The notes under the pieces: generated by a model | What the model saw: only the letters and a program-made list of their open reading frames with translations | Told to the model about the DNA's origin: nothing | The model's database searches: none | NCBI GenBank assembly: GCA_026986775.1 | Contig: JALSNX010000028.1 | Span: 7,609-71,608 of the forward strand | Reading direction: 5' to 3' | DNA length: 64,000 nt | DNA from: a candidate division WOR-3 bacterium | GTDB lineage: Bacteria; Hydrothermota; Hydrothermia; UBA1063; CAJXJZ01 | Shown here: positions 1 to 10,859 of the stretch, piece after piece | How positions within the stretch are numbered: position 1 is the first letter of the stretch | How the letters are laid out: each line of letters starts with the position of its first letter | Made by a program: the position numbers and the translations under genes

Positions 1-636
1 AAACAAACGAGCTTTCAATTTTCTTTGCTCTTCCTATACTACCCCCAGAAAGGGAATACAGTGTCAGGACAGGAATCTGCCCCTCAAAAGGATATTCTTT
101 AAACTCCTCAAATTTTAAAGGCCCAAAAGTGAATCTTTTTCCGCGTGAATAGACCGTGGGCAAAATTCTTTCTCTGTGAGATATAACCATTATTATAACT
201 GTTTCATGCGGTGGCTCTTCCAGCGTTTTAAGGAAACTGTTTTGTGATTCTGTGTTCAAATTTTCACCGTTTAACACAAGAACAACTCTCATGCTGGCTT
301 CAAATGTTCCCTTTTTTGAGAGTTCCTTTTCAAGTTCTCTGATTTTATCTATCCGTATATCTTTTGAAATATCAAAGTTGAGTGGCCTTATACCAACAGA
401 AATGTCTATTTCCGGGTCATCCATGGGTTGTACAAGATAAAAATCAGGACTCATAATGGGCTCTTTTTTCCCATCGTACATTATAAGACTGGCAAACGCA
501 TAAGCCATCTGTGCTTTTCCCACTCCCATGGGACCTTCAAAAATAAGAAATGGAGGAATAGAGCCATTTTCATACAGTTTCAAAAGAAGTCTTTTTTCGT
601 TTTCATGACCTATCACTGAAGAAAAAATGTTATCCA
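1..636 (-). CDS. holB: DNA polymerase III subunit delta' (partial; C-terminus beyond window start)
   Basis: Manual translation of the minus strand from the ATG at 636 gives [53 protein letters not shown]..., followed by FLKTLEEPP and ILPTVYSRG. These are the delta' Walker-like, LLKTLEEPP and ILPTIRSRC box motifs. The ORF runs off the window start. Confidence 0.75.
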
Positions 637-3410
637 TGCCTTTCAAGTTCCTCCCTTAAAAACCTGCCTGTATAAGATTTGTCACACCCGGCCACCTCCT
701 CTGGAGTTCCTTCAACAACTACACGCCCTCCCTTTTCTCCTCCTTCAGGTCCGAGGTCAATTATCCAGTCCGCTGACTTTATCACATCAAGGTTATGCTC
801 TATTACAAGAACGGTATTGCCCTTATCAACAAGTCTTTTCAATACCTTTATGAGTTTTCTCACATCCTCAAAATGCAGTCCAGTGGTTGGCTCATCAAGA
901 ATGTAAAGAGTATTTCCCTTCGGCATTCGTGAAAGTTCTCTCGCAAGTTTTATCCTCTGCGCTTCACCACCAGAAAGTGTGGTGGCTGGTTGACCTAATT
1001 TTATGTATCCAAGTCCCACATCTTTGAGTAATTTCAACTTTCTTTCAATAGATGGGATGTCTTTAAACAGTTTATAGGCATCATCCACGCTCATATCAAG
1101 CACATCTGCAATGCTATAACCTTTGTATTTCACTTCAAGTGTTTCTCTATTAAACCGTTTTCCTTTACACACATCGCAGGGTACATAAACATCCGGTAAA
1201 AACTGCATTTCTACCTTGATAAACCCCTCTCCCCTGCAGGCCTCACATCGTCCACCCTTCACATTGAACGAGAACCTGCCCGGAGCATACCCTCTCTTCT
1301 TTGCCTCAGGCAAAGATGCGAACAGTTCCCTTATAGCAGTAAAAGCAGATGTATAGGTTGCTGGATTTGAGCGGGGCGTCCTTCCAATGGGAGACTGGTC
1401 AATATTGATAACCTTACCGATAAACTCAACTCCCTCAATCTCATCGTGTTCACCGACCTGAACCTTTGCACCATAAAAACGTCTTATCAGGGCATGATAC
1501 AGGGTATCTTCAATTAGTGAAGATTTTCCAGAACCTGAAACACCCGTCACGCACACAAAAAGACCAAGCGGTATTTTGACATCTATATTTTTTAAGTTAT
1601 TATGCTTTGCACCTTTGATAGTCAGAAATCTTCCATCAGGCCTGCGTCTCTTTCTGGGCACATCAATCTTTCTTTCTCCCTTTAAGTACTTCCCGGTAAG
1701 TGAGCGCGGATGGGCTTTTATATCCTCAATAGTTCCTTCCGCAACGACTTTGCCTCCACGATAACCTGCACCAGGACCAAGGTCTATTATCCAGTCTGCA
1801 TTTTCCATTGTTTCCCGGTCATGCTCAACCACTATAACAGAGTTACCCTGGTCCCTCAACTTCTTCAAAGTATTTACAAGTCTTCGTGTATCACGGGGAT
1901 GCAGGCCTATTGTGGGCTCATCAAGGATGTACAGCACTCCAACCAGGCCAGAGCCAATCTGTGTTGCAAGTCTTACCCTCTGGTCCTCCCCTGATGAAAG
2001 GGTCTCTGTTGGTCTATCAAGTGTGAGATAGGAAAGTCCTATATCACGTAAAAAGGAAAGTCTTCTCAAAATCTCCTTTACAATCTGCCTGGCAATGATT
2101 TTCTTTCTGCCCTCAAATTTGAGATTTTCAAAAAAGTAAATGGCCTCATCAATGTTCATTTTCGTGATGTCATGTATATTCTTGCCCTCTATTTTTACAG
2201 ATAGCGCCTCTTTTCTCAGTCTTGAGCCACCACAAACAGGACATGTACGATAAACCAGATATTTTTCAAGTTCGTTTTTCATCCAGTCAGACTCTGTTTG
2301 CTTGTACCTTCTCCATACGTACTGAGCCACAGGTTCAAAGGCTATGTATCCTGCATTATCGCCGAATATAATGGCTCTCTTAAATTCTTCAGGTAGCCTT
2401 CTCCATGGTGCATTCAGGTCAACCCCAAACCTTTCAGCAAGACGCAAAAGTTCTTTTCTCAAGAACGGATTTGGCTCACCCCAGACCTTTATTGCTCCCT
2501 CCAGAATACTGAGCCCGGGGTCAGAAATTAGTGCCTCTGGTGACACCTCTATCTTAACACCCAATCCACCACAGGCAGGACATGCACCGTATGGCGAATT
2601 AAAAGAAAAGAGCCTCGGCTCTATTTCTGGCAAGGAATATCCACACACAGGGCACATGAGTTTTTCCGAATAGGTCTTCTCATTTCCATCTTCAGTGAGT
2701 ATTTTCACAAGTCCATCAGCTTCCTTCATGGCCTGTTCTACGGACTCTGCAAGACGGGACCTCGTATCTCCAAAGACCTTTAATCTATCAACTAAAATTT
2801 CTATATCATGCGCCCTGTAACGTTCAAGTTCAGGCGGCTGCTCAACATCATAAATGCTTCCATCCACGCGGACCCTTACATACCCCTTTTTCATTATTTT
2901 CTCAAAGAGCGTTCTGTATTCTCCTTTTCTTCCCCTTACTATAGGTGCAAGAACCATTATTCTTTTGCCATTCTCTTCAGAAATAATCTCGTCAACAATT
3001 TCATCAACAGTACTCTTTTTGAGTTCAATTCCACAGTTGGGGCAATACGGTGTTCCAACCCTTGCAAACAGAAGCCTGAGATAGTCGTAAATCTCGGTTG
3101 TGGTAGCAACAGTTGAACGTGGATTTTTTGAAGATTTTCTCTGCTCAATTGAAATTGCAGGGGATAGGCCATCTATATGGTCAACATCAGGTTTTTGCAA
3201 AAGCCCAAGAAATTGCCTTGCATATGCCGAGAGAGACTCAACATATCTCCTCTGCCCCTCAGCATATATAGTGTCAAAAGCTAAAGAGGACTTACCGGAG
3301 CCAGAAACTCCAGTTATAACAACAATTTTGTCCCGTGGTATTTTTACATCAATATTCTTTAAATTGTGGACTCTGGCGCCCTTTATTTCTATAAACTCTC
3401 TTTTTGCCAT
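630..3410 (-). CDS. uvrA: Excinuclease ABC subunit A
   Basis: 926 aa. Two ABC ATPase modules ([10 protein letters not shown] twice), zinc-finger Cys clusters, and the canonical UvrA N-terminus [20 protein letters not shown]. Confidence 0.95.
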   Translation of the reverse strand: MAKREFIEIKGARVHNLKNIDVKIPRDKIVVITGVSGSGKSSLAFDTIYAEGQRRYVESLSAYARQFLGLLQKPDVDHIDGLSPAISIEQRKSSKNPRSTVATTTEIYDYLRLLFARVGTPYCPNCGIELKKSTVDEIVDEIISEENGKRIMVLAPIVRGRKGEYRTLFEKIMKKGYVRVRVDGSIYDVEQPPELERYRAHDIEILVDRLKVFGDTRSRLAESVEQAMKEADGLVKILTEDGNEKTYSEKLMCPVCGYSLPEIEPRLFSFNSPYGACPACGGLGVKIEVSPEALISDPGLSILEGAIKVWGEPNPFLRKELLRLAERFGVDLNAPWRRLPEEFKRAIIFGDNAGYIAFEPVAQYVWRRYKQTESDWMKNELEKYLVYRTCPVCGGSRLRKEALSVKIEGKNIHDITKMNIDEAIYFFENLKFEGRKKIIARQIVKEILRRLSFLRDIGLSYLTLDRPTETLSSGEDQRVRLATQIGSGLVGVLYILDEPTIGLHPRDTRRLVNTLKKLRDQGNSVIVVEHDRETMENADWIIDLGPGAGYRGGKVVAEGTIEDIKAHPRSLTGKYLKGERKIDVPRKRRRPDGRFLTIKGAKHNNLKNIDVKIPLGLFVCVTGVSGSGKSSLIEDTLYHALIRRFYGAKVQVGEHDEIEGVEFIGKVINIDQSPIGRTPRSNPATYTSAFTAIRELFASLPEAKKRGYAPGRFSFNVKGGRCEACRGEGFIKVEMQFLPDVYVPCDVCKGKRFNRETLEVKYKGYSIADVLDMSVDDAYKLFKDIPSIERKLKLLKDVGLGYIKLGQPATTLSGGEAQRIKLARELSRMPKGNTLYILDEPTTGLHFEDVRKLIKVLKRLVDKGNTVLVIEHNLDVIKSADWIIDLGPEGGEKGGRVVVEGTPEEVAGCDKSYTGRFLREELERHG

Positions 3411-3416
3411 GCAAAT

Positions 3417-4604
3417 CTACTTCAAAAGTCCCAGTTCTATATGTCTCTCTTTGATTCTATCAGCCAGCTCTGTAATTTTTTCATAATCTTCTTTTCGTGG
3501 ATGTCCTTTAATCAGGAGAGGCTCAAAAACATGTGCTTTTATGTTGGATAAAAGTCCTTTAAGTTGTTCTGTCATTCTTCCTCCCCATCCATATGAGCCA
3601 ATAATACCAATGTTTTTAGTCTTGGGACGAAGGGCATTCATCAAAAAGGCTGCATAAACCGCTTTGGGATGCGCACCTGCAAGAACCTGTGGACTTGCAA
3701 GAATAACGGTGGCAGCATCAACAAGAGCCATGGCCAATTTTCCTGTATCAGTGACAGTAAGATTACAGGGTTTTACGTCAATCCCCCTTTCAACAAGCCT
3801 GTCAACAAGATAGTATACTATCCGCTCAGTGCTACCATGCATGGAAACATAAGGAATAATAACCACATTTTCAACTCTTTCAGAAATCCAGTCTTTATAA
3901 GCATTAACTATGATTTCTGGTTTTTTCCATATAGAACCATGACTTGGCGCAATTATATCTACATCATATTGCTCTATTTTCTCAATATTTCGCTTTATCT
4001 GGGCTCTGAAAGGCATCATTATCTCTGCGTAATACCTCTTGGCATCCTCTATAACTTTGGCCTCATCTCTTACAAAAACACTTGCACCTGCATAATGGGA
4101 ACCAAAGAAATCGCATGTGAACATAATTTTATCCTCTACAAGATACGTGGACATGGTTTCAGGCCAGTGAACCCACGGTGTTAAAAGAAACTTCAGAGTT
4201 TTGTCACCAAGAGAAAGGGTATCACCCTCATCCACTATTATAAATTTTTCTTCATCTACATGAAGCAGGTCTTCAAGAAACATTTTACATTTTTTATTAG
4301 TTACCACCTTCGCCATGGGAAACTTCTGTAAAACATGGGGAATGGAACCAGAGTGGTCCTGCTCAGCATGCTGAGATATTACATAGTCAATTCTTTCAAC
4401 GCCCAGACTTTCAAGGTTTTCAAAGAGAACATCCTTCTTTTGTGGATCAACGGTATCAATCAACGCAGTTTTTTCACTTCCGATGATAAGATAAGCATTA
4501 TAAGTTGTGCCATCAGGGAGAGGTATGAGTTCATCAAATAGCCTTCTATCATAATGTGCAGCACCCACTTCAAAAATTCTTTCTTTTATTTTGTGAACAC
4601 TCAT
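3417..4604 (-). CDS. Flavodiiron protein (FprA / rubredoxin:oxygen oxidoreductase type; metallo-beta-lactamase plus flavodoxin domains)
   Basis: 395 aa. N-terminal diiron metallo-beta-lactamase-like motifs ([18 protein letters not shown]) and a C-terminal flavodoxin-like domain. Confidence 0.8.
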   Translation of the reverse strand: MSVHKIKERIFEVGAAHYDRRLFDELIPLPDGTTYNAYLIIGSEKTALIDTVDPQKKDVLFENLESLGVERIDYVISQHAEQDHSGSIPHVLQKFPMAKVVTNKKCKMFLEDLLHVDEEKFIIVDEGDTLSLGDKTLKFLLTPWVHWPETMSTYLVEDKIMFTCDFFGSHYAGASVFVRDEAKVIEDAKRYYAEIMMPFRAQIKRNIEKIEQYDVDIIAPSHGSIWKKPEIIVNAYKDWISERVENVVIIPYVSMHGSTERIVYYLVDRLVERGIDVKPCNLTVTDTGKLAMALVDAATVILASPQVLAGAHPKAVYAAFLMNALRPKTKNIGIIGSYGWGGRMTEQLKGLLSNIKAHVFEPLLIKGHPRKEDYEKITELADRIKERHIELGLLK

Positions 4605-4672
4605 TTTTCACCTCCGGTTATACTTTAATTTTAGCGTATCTCCTGCGTATGACAAAGCGATTTAAAATTATT

Positions 4673-6340
4673 CTAAAACAGCCCTTCTATGTTGCCATTT
4701 TCATCAATATCTATTTTAAGAGCGGCTGGCTCCTTTGGAAGACCCGGCATGAGCATAATATCACCTGTTACTGGAACAAGAAAACCTGCACCGCTTGATA
4801 TGTTTATACTTCTCACTGTTACAAGAAAATCTTTGGGCCTTCCAAGCAGTTTTGGATTGTCAGAAAGCGACTTCTGGGTCTTTGCTATACATACGAGCAG
4901 CTTTTCAAGTCCTAATTTTTTAATCTTTTTAAGGTCTTTTTTCGCCTGTGATGTGAAATCAACTGCTTTTGAACCGTATATTTCGGATGTTACTGTTTTA
5001 ATTTTATCCTCAATACTCATATCAAGTGAATACAGGGGTTTATAAGTGCCTTCATGATTGGACAGTTCAACAACCTTTTCTGCAAGGGTCACGGCACCCT
5101 TTGAACCCTCGGCATGAGCAGTTACAACAACAGCGCTGCTACCCTTTTCTTCAACAAAGCGTTTTATAACATCTATTTCTTCGTCTGTATCAGTTTCAAA
5201 CCTGTTAATTGCAACAACACTTGGAACATTGAATTTTGCAATATTTTCAAGATGTTTTTCAAGATTTGGAAGCCCCTTTTCCACATGTTCTGGTGATGGG
5301 ACGGTAAGTTCTTTCTTATCCATTCCCCCGTGCATCTTAAGGGCTCTTACAGTGGCAACAAGCACTACAACTTTGGGGTTCAGACCAGAAGACCTTGCAA
5401 CGATGTCAAAGAATTTTTCCGCACCGAGGTCAAATCCAAAACCTGCCTCTGTCACCACATAGTCAGCAATCTTAAGAGCCATTTTCATGGATATAACAGA
5501 GCAGGTGCCCTGAGCGATGTTTGCAAAGGGTCCTGCATGGACGAAAGCAGGTGTGTTCTCTGTTGTCTGAACGAGATTGGGTTTTAAGGCATCTCTCAAG
5601 AGTGCGGAAACTGCACCTTCAAATTTCAGGTCTTTCACATATACGGGTTCATTGTCAAAGGTAAATCCAAGAAGTATGTTCTTTATCCTCTCCTTCAGGT
5701 CCTTATAGGAAGTGGCAAGCCCCAATATTGCCATTATTTCAGAGGCAGCTGTAATATAAAATCCTGTTTCTCTCGGACATCCATTCTGCTTGCCTCCAAG
5801 CCCCACAATTATATCACGCAGGGCTCTGTCGTTCATATCAACCACACGAGGCCACACAACCGTTCTCGGGTCTATCATGGGGTCCTTACGCCTGTGTATA
5901 TGATTATCCACCATTGCAGCTATAAGATTGTGGGCAGCACTCACAGCGTGTATATCCCCTGTAAAATGCAGATTTATATCTTCCATCGGCAAAACCTGAG
6001 AATAACCTCCACCCGTGGCACCGCCCTTTATTCCAAACAGAGGGCCCATTGAGGGCTCTCTAAGGGTCACAATTGAACTCTTACCAATCCTATTAAGACC
6101 AAGAGATAAACCAATTGATACAGTGGTCTTACCCTCTCCAGCGGGAGTGGGAGTAATTGCTGAAACCAGTATTAATCTTCCGTCTTTTTCACTTTTTACT
6201 TCCTCCCAGAAGGAGAGGTTAACCTTCGCCTTATACTCACCATATTTTTCAAGGTATTTCAATGGAATATTCACTTTATCTGCCACTTTATCTATGGGCA
6301 AAAGGTCTGTTTTCCTTGCAATTTCAATATCACTTAACAT
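4673..6340 (-). CDS. fhs: Formate--tetrahydrofolate ligase
   Basis: 555 aa. N-terminus MLSDIEIARK...LKYLEKYG, P-loop PTPAGEGKTT, full-length FTHFS-like. Confidence 0.95.
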   Translation of the reverse strand: MLSDIEIARKTDLLPIDKVADKVNIPLKYLEKYGEYKAKVNLSFWEEVKSEKDGRLILVSAITPTPAGEGKTTVSIGLSLGLNRIGKSSIVTLREPSMGPLFGIKGGATGGGYSQVLPMEDINLHFTGDIHAVSAAHNLIAAMVDNHIHRRKDPMIDPRTVVWPRVVDMNDRALRDIIVGLGGKQNGCPRETGFYITAASEIMAILGLATSYKDLKERIKNILLGFTFDNEPVYVKDLKFEGAVSALLRDALKPNLVQTTENTPAFVHAGPFANIAQGTCSVISMKMALKIADYVVTEAGFGFDLGAEKFFDIVARSSGLNPKVVVLVATVRALKMHGGMDKKELTVPSPEHVEKGLPNLEKHLENIAKFNVPSVVAINRFETDTDEEIDVIKRFVEEKGSSAVVVTAHAEGSKGAVTLAEKVVELSNHEGTYKPLYSLDMSIEDKIKTVTSEIYGSKAVDFTSQAKKDLKKIKKLGLEKLLVCIAKTQKSLSDNPKLLGRPKDFLVTVRSINISSGAGFLVPVTGDIMLMPGLPKEPAALKIDIDENGNIEGLF

Positions 6341-6354
6341 ACTTACCTCCTCAT

Positions 6355-7239
6355 TTAAATATCAACACCGATTATTTTCCTTGCAAGAATACCTATGGCA
6401 AAGGATAAAAGAGCGACCCCGAAACTTATGAGGAACATTTCCCAGAAAGTTTTTTTGAAGTTTGCCCCCCTCACCACAGACACAAAAAATGTGAAAAAGT
6501 ATATTACAAAGAGTGCGGCAAAGAGTGTAAAGACAAATGCCACATAGTAGTGTTTAAATAAAAAGTACGGAATCACAATCAAAAAGACGGTAAAAATATA
6601 TGCTATTCCTGTATAAAATGACCCTTTTAAGGGATTTTTGTCACCCTCGTGCCTTCTTGAGAGATACTCAGAGGCAGCCATTGACAAAGAGGCTGCAATG
6701 CCCGTAATCACCCCGGCAAGCCCCACTAACTTTGTATTCCTGAGGGCAAAGGTAAGTCCGGCTATGGTTCCAGTTATCTCAACAAGGGCATCGTTTAGCC
6801 CCAGGACCATTGAGCCTATGTATTCTAATTTTTCTTCATTAAGCATATCAATAAGAGCGTTTTCATGCGTAACCTCATCCTGAATTATATGTTCTGCCTC
6901 TTCAATATGCCCCTTTATAGCTTCGTAAGACTTCTGGGCATCCTCCTCTCCCCCTTCCATGAGTTTAACAGCAAAGGTGATACCCATGATCCGTGCTATT
7001 ATGGTGTACAGAAAAACCCTGAGTCTATCGGGTTTTACATCCACACCGGTGTATTTTTTCCATATTTCATAGTGTGCCCTCTCATCCCTTGCTATTTTTT
7101 CAAGCACCTTTCTGTTTTCACCCTTTGCCATTTTTGCAAGTTTCAGATAAAAATAATGTTCTGTAATTTCATTTTTCTGAAATTCAATTATTTTTTTTCT
7201 AAGTCTCTCATCCATGTTGTTGCTCCTTTTTATTCCCAA
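6355..7239 (-). CDS. mbfA: Membrane-bound ferritin-like (erythrin) / VIT1-CCC1 iron transporter fusion (MbfA-like)
   Basis: 294 aa. N-terminal rubrerythrin/ferritin-like four-helix region (EHYFYLKLA, ERAHYEIW, EAEHIIQDE), then a C-terminal VIT1 family membrane domain with about 5 TM segments. Confidence 0.7.
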   Translation of the reverse strand: MGIKRSNNMDERLRKKIIEFQKNEITEHYFYLKLAKMAKGENRKVLEKIARDERAHYEIWKKYTGVDVKPDRLRVFLYTIIARIMGITFAVKLMEGGEEDAQKSYEAIKGHIEEAEHIIQDEVTHENALIDMLNEEKLEYIGSMVLGLNDALVEITGTIAGLTFALRNTKLVGLAGVITGIAASLSMAASEYLSRRHEGDKNPLKGSFYTGIAYIFTVFLIVIPYFLFKHYYVAFVFTLFAALFVIYFFTFFVSVVRGANFKKTFWEMFLISFGVALLSFAIGILARKIIGVDI

Positions 7240-9235
7240 GTCTATAAATCACGAATCTTTTATTTTCAAAAACTTTTCTTAATAAAGCCCTGCCACTTAT
7301 TTCAGTATCATCAATCTCCCTGTTGCAGATGATTTCGCGGGGCACAATGAAATAATCAATGTGATATTTATCAGAAAGGACTTCTTCTGGAAAATTTCCT
7401 TTACCCTCAAAGTATTCATCAATTTTCCGTGCTATTTTCATTCTTTTGTACCATTCTATTGCAAACCTTCTGTTAAACACACCTTTTCCGCCGTCAGTAA
7501 ACAGGACAAATACATTTCTTAATAACCTATTTCTTAGCCATACTCCTACAAGGTTATCTCTGTTCCAGACGTAAAAAACATCATTCTCATTGGTATGATC
7601 TTTTATCCATGAGAATACCTCATTTAATAACCACCTGTTTCTGTATTCTGGTAGGTAGCTTTTAATATTAACACTCCGCAAATATGAATTAAATATCTCC
7701 GTTTCATCTCTTAATATGCGGTTTATAGTATCGTCTTTCCCTTCACTATAATTACTCAAGGCATATAGACCGGACAAAAGAATCATTGAGGCAAGTAGAG
7801 TTTTGAAAGCAAAAAGGGAGTTCCTGACACTCCACAGATATGCGAACAATACACAGGCACTCAGAGCAATAACTAAATAAATTAATACTGGGACTGGCTT
7901 TTGAAGTAGAACGAGCCAGGATGAATAAAGAAATATGACATCTCCACTTAGTAAAATAAGGGAAATAAGCCATACCGGCCAATATCTTTTTTTTGAATAT
8001 AATAATAGACCTTTACTTTTTGTAAACACAAACAGTATACCCAGTATACCCGTCAATGGTAAAACCATAAACTCATATACAATATTAAAAATAACCAAAA
8101 TAGTGAGTAACCATAGAAAAATAATATTTTTCAAAAACAAATTGTTGATTTTAAATGAAATTATATTATAAAATGAACTTAAAAAGAGTATTAATAAAAT
8201 TACTCTAAAAAAAATAGTTACTCTGAGCAGTTGTAAAGACAATAATGGCTGAACGGGAAATAGAGAAGAAATAACCCCAATAATTGCACTTAATAATGAG
8301 AATATCACTAAATAGTGTATTTTCAATACATCTTTTTTTGCTAAACTCATTCTACCAGTATATGATAACATTTTGTATAAAATAGCATAAGAAATTATAC
8401 CCACTGGAAGCAATATAAGATATATGATATTATATTGCTGATCAAAGAACAAAAAAAGATAGCCACTCCTTAAGATACTTAGCCATTCACTGTCAACGAT
8501 TTTCAGATTCAAAATATGTACAGGAGTAAAACGATAATTCACTATAAAGTACAACGTCAATAAAATTATACTCCCAGCTAATACAATCAAAAATTTTGCT
8601 CTACTATCAAATTCACAAAATCTTGTCTTATAATAATAATAAAAAACTGCACCAATAATAGGTATAGGTGTAATAACATGAAATGCAAGTGCTACAAGTA
8701 GCATTATACCTGCCAGAACATACCGTTCCTTTCTGTAAAATGATATTGCTATTAGAGAAAGTGCAAAAGATATATTACGTGGAACAAGTCCATAGGGATT
8801 AAACACTCTAATGAAAGTAAATAAATATGGAGTTACAGGAGGGAGGAAAACAAGAGGTAAAAAGAGGCTGAATATTTTTCTTTTAGAAATCCAGTAAGAA
8901 AGGTCAAAAAGTCCCCAGAAGATTATGAACTTGGTGATAATATCCAAAATATTTATTATATTTAGTAGCTTAAGTTTAAATGCCCTGTGAATACCAATTA
9001 TTATATTATCGTATATAGTAAAATTTGTTTGTAAAAAAGTAGTGGTTAAATCGTGATTTAGCAACTTAGGATCAATCTTATGTATTATCTCAGGAAGATA
9101 ATGCCAGGCAAGGTCACCATATAAAGTGTAATGTCCGGGAAGAACAAGAAAACTAAACATCGTATAAATAGCAAAAATTAGTGACAGATAAATAAACCCT
9201 GTAGTGTTTTCTTCCAATTCTCTTAACTTCAACAT
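7208..9235 (-). CDS. Large polytopic membrane protein with C-terminal soluble domain (GT-C-like architecture; function unknown)
   Basis: 675 aa. About 12 predicted TM helices in the first roughly 440 aa, then a roughly 200-aa hydrophilic C-terminal domain. Strongly AT-rich codon usage (I/L/F/Y/N/K rich) compared with its neighbours. Start overlaps the stop of the upstream gene at 9235 (translational coupling). Confidence 0.6.
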   Translation of the reverse strand: MLKLRELEENTTGFIYLSLIFAIYTMFSFLVLPGHYTLYGDLAWHYLPEIIHKIDPKLLNHDLTTTFLQTNFTIYDNIIIGIHRAFKLKLLNIINILDIITKFIIFWGLFDLSYWISKRKIFSLFLPLVFLPPVTPYLFTFIRVFNPYGLVPRNISFALSLIAISFYRKERYVLAGIMLLVALAFHVITPIPIIGAVFYYYYKTRFCEFDSRAKFLIVLAGSIILLTLYFIVNYRFTPVHILNLKIVDSEWLSILRSGYLFLFFDQQYNIIYLILLPVGIISYAILYKMLSYTGRMSLAKKDVLKIHYLVIFSLLSAIIGVISSLFPVQPLLSLQLLRVTIFFRVILLILFLSSFYNIISFKINNLFLKNIIFLWLLTILVIFNIVYEFMVLPLTGILGILFVFTKSKGLLLYSKKRYWPVWLISLILLSGDVIFLYSSWLVLLQKPVPVLIYLVIALSACVLFAYLWSVRNSLFAFKTLLASMILLSGLYALSNYSEGKDDTINRILRDETEIFNSYLRSVNIKSYLPEYRNRWLLNEVFSWIKDHTNENDVFYVWNRDNLVGVWLRNRLLRNVFVLFTDGGKGVFNRRFAIEWYKRMKIARKIDEYFEGKGNFPEEVLSDKYHIDYFIVPREIICNREIDDTEISGRALLRKVFENKRFVIYRLGNKKEQQHG

Positions 9236-10089
9236 TATTCGTTTTTCCTATGATGCTCCACTAGATTGCTTGTGCTTTTTACTGTTCCATCACTGTCAAT
9301 ATAAAATCTCCCACCATAAGGGTCTTGAGGTATTTTTTTCATATACCCCTTTTGTTTAAGTTCATTTAAATCATACGGTAATCTGCCCTCTTTCCTTTTA
9401 AAGGCCTCCACTGCCCTCTCTATTTTAAGAACTCCAAGTAAAGCCTTTTTTCTCTTTAAAAGTTCCCTTTTCCAGTTTTCATCATCTGTATTCTTAATCT
9501 GACCGTCAAGAATATTCAGTGCTATTTCTGTTCTTCCCGAGGCGTAATAGAGTCTTGATGCAAGAGAGGCGAGAAAGGCGCTGCGTTTTAATTTTGCTGC
9601 CTCTGTCATATACTCAGCAGCAAGGTCATATTTCTTCATGAAGTAAAAATAATTAAAACTCAGAAGGAAATACCAGAACCAATCGCTTTTTCTGTATTTT
9701 ATGGCCCTTTTCAAGACCTTTTCCGCATCACTGTATCTTTTAAAATCCCACATCAGATTCAACGAAGCAATATAGTAAATGTCAAAATAATACGGATTTA
9801 AAGCACTTGCCACTCTGTAAGCCTTAAATACAACATCCCCCACCCATTCTGGAAAGTATGGATGCTGTTCAAGTATGGTCGCAAGAAATACACGTAAATC
9901 AAGAGTAACCCAGAAACTTCTTATTCCCTCATAGTCCAGGCTCATAATTTTTTCTGCCTCTGGTGAAAGGAGAAAAAGCCCTGCATTGGCCTTTTGAATC
10001 TTCCTGTATCGGGATATCTCAGGAACCATATAGGAATTTGTAGCAATCAGAAGACCTGCCAGCAAAAACCCCAAAAACACTCTCTTCAT
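9235..10089 (-). CDS. Secreted TPR-like protein with C-terminal GspG (T2SS pseudopilin)-like domain
   Basis: 284 aa. Hydrophobic N-terminal signal (MKRVFLGFLLAGLLIA) with no prepilin G|FTLIE site, and helical TPR-like repeats. The C-terminus KGYMKKIPQDPYGGRFYIDSDG matches the GspG/EpsG core motif GGYI[KR]RLP[KQ]DPWGxxYQ. Confidence 0.6.
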   Translation of the reverse strand: MKRVFLGFLLAGLLIATNSYMVPEISRYRKIQKANAGLFLLSPEAEKIMSLDYEGIRSFWVTLDLRVFLATILEQHPYFPEWVGDVVFKAYRVASALNPYYFDIYYIASLNLMWDFKRYSDAEKVLKRAIKYRKSDWFWYFLLSFNYFYFMKKYDLAAEYMTEAAKLKRSAFLASLASRLYYASGRTEIALNILDGQIKNTDDENWKRELLKRKKALLGVLKIERAVEAFKRKEGRLPYDLNELKQKGYMKKIPQDPYGGRFYIDSDGTVKSTSNLVEHHRKNE

Positions 10090-10859
10090 TTTATCTCTTT
10101 TTTCTGAAAAAAAAGAATGCTCAAAAGGATAAGAATAAAACTGTATATAAGCCCATATAGAAGGACAAGTATGTAATGTCCCGAACCGATTGAAAGCCCA
10201 TAAGAGAGCGATATCTTCATATCAAAGAAGGAAAAATTTGGAAAAATATAATACGCCGATTTTACAAGAAATTTTGAAATTAGAGGAATGTTCTCTGCTC
10301 GTTTTGTCTGAATAAATTGTACAGCATCGTCAAGATTGACACCAATCACGTAAATAAATAGTATTATGAAGGAAATAAGAACAGGCCGTTTACTGGCATT
10401 TATAAGAAAGTAAGCAAGAGAGGTAATAAGTAGCATCATAACCCATAAAAGTGGTAACTGAAGAAAAAGAACAGTTTTGAATTCTTTAAACAACAGGGCA
10501 TTGAGAATAACAAAGCCAGATAGCATGAGCGTGCTTGTAAAAATACCTGAAAAAACTATTCCGAAAACCCTTCCAAGGATATAATCCATTCTTTTCAGAG
10601 GCAGGGACAGCAGGTACTCAATGGTCTTTTTATTGAGGTCCTCTGTCAAAAAAGAAAAAATCAGGAAGAAGACAAGAACCAGAGTCAAAAACTCGGTGAC
10701 TGAAAGGGAATAGGTAAACATTACTTTTGATGCTTCAAACATGGTAAAATCATTTACAATGAAGTAAATAAAAAGCGAAAATAAATACAGAATCAATGTA
10801 CTGTAAAATGCCCTTTCTTTAACAGCCTCTTTAAGCGTGAGATACAGCATCCGCACCAT
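10086..10859 (-). CDS. ABC-2 family transporter permease
   Basis: 257 aa, about 6 TM helices, no soluble domain. Overlaps the ATPase gene upstream and the TPR gene downstream by 4-29 nt. Confidence 0.7.
   Translation of the reverse strand: MVRMLYLTLKEAVKERAFYSTLILYLFSLFIYFIVNDFTMFEASKVMFTYSLSVTEFLTLVLVFFLIFSFLTEDLNKKTIEYLLSLPLKRMDYILGRVFGIVFSGIFTSTLMLSGFVILNALLFKEFKTVLFLQLPLLWVMMLLITSLAYFLINASKRPVLISFIILFIYVIGVNLDDAVQFIQTKRAENIPLISKFLVKSAYYIFPNFSFFDMKISLSYGLSIGSGHYILVLLYGLIYSFILILLSILFFQKKEIK

Noticed and set aside
2344-2673. Plus-strand ORFs of 60-170 aa lying inside long minus-strand genes (for example 2344-2673, 3100-3486, 3669-4184, 11012-11365, 14440-14685, 44516-44812, 54073-54480)
   Set aside because: These are antisense shadow ORFs within well-supported genes (uvrA, fprA, ABC ATPase, nnr, ftsK, M28). 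Their products are low-complexity and unrecognisable, and they lack an RBS.
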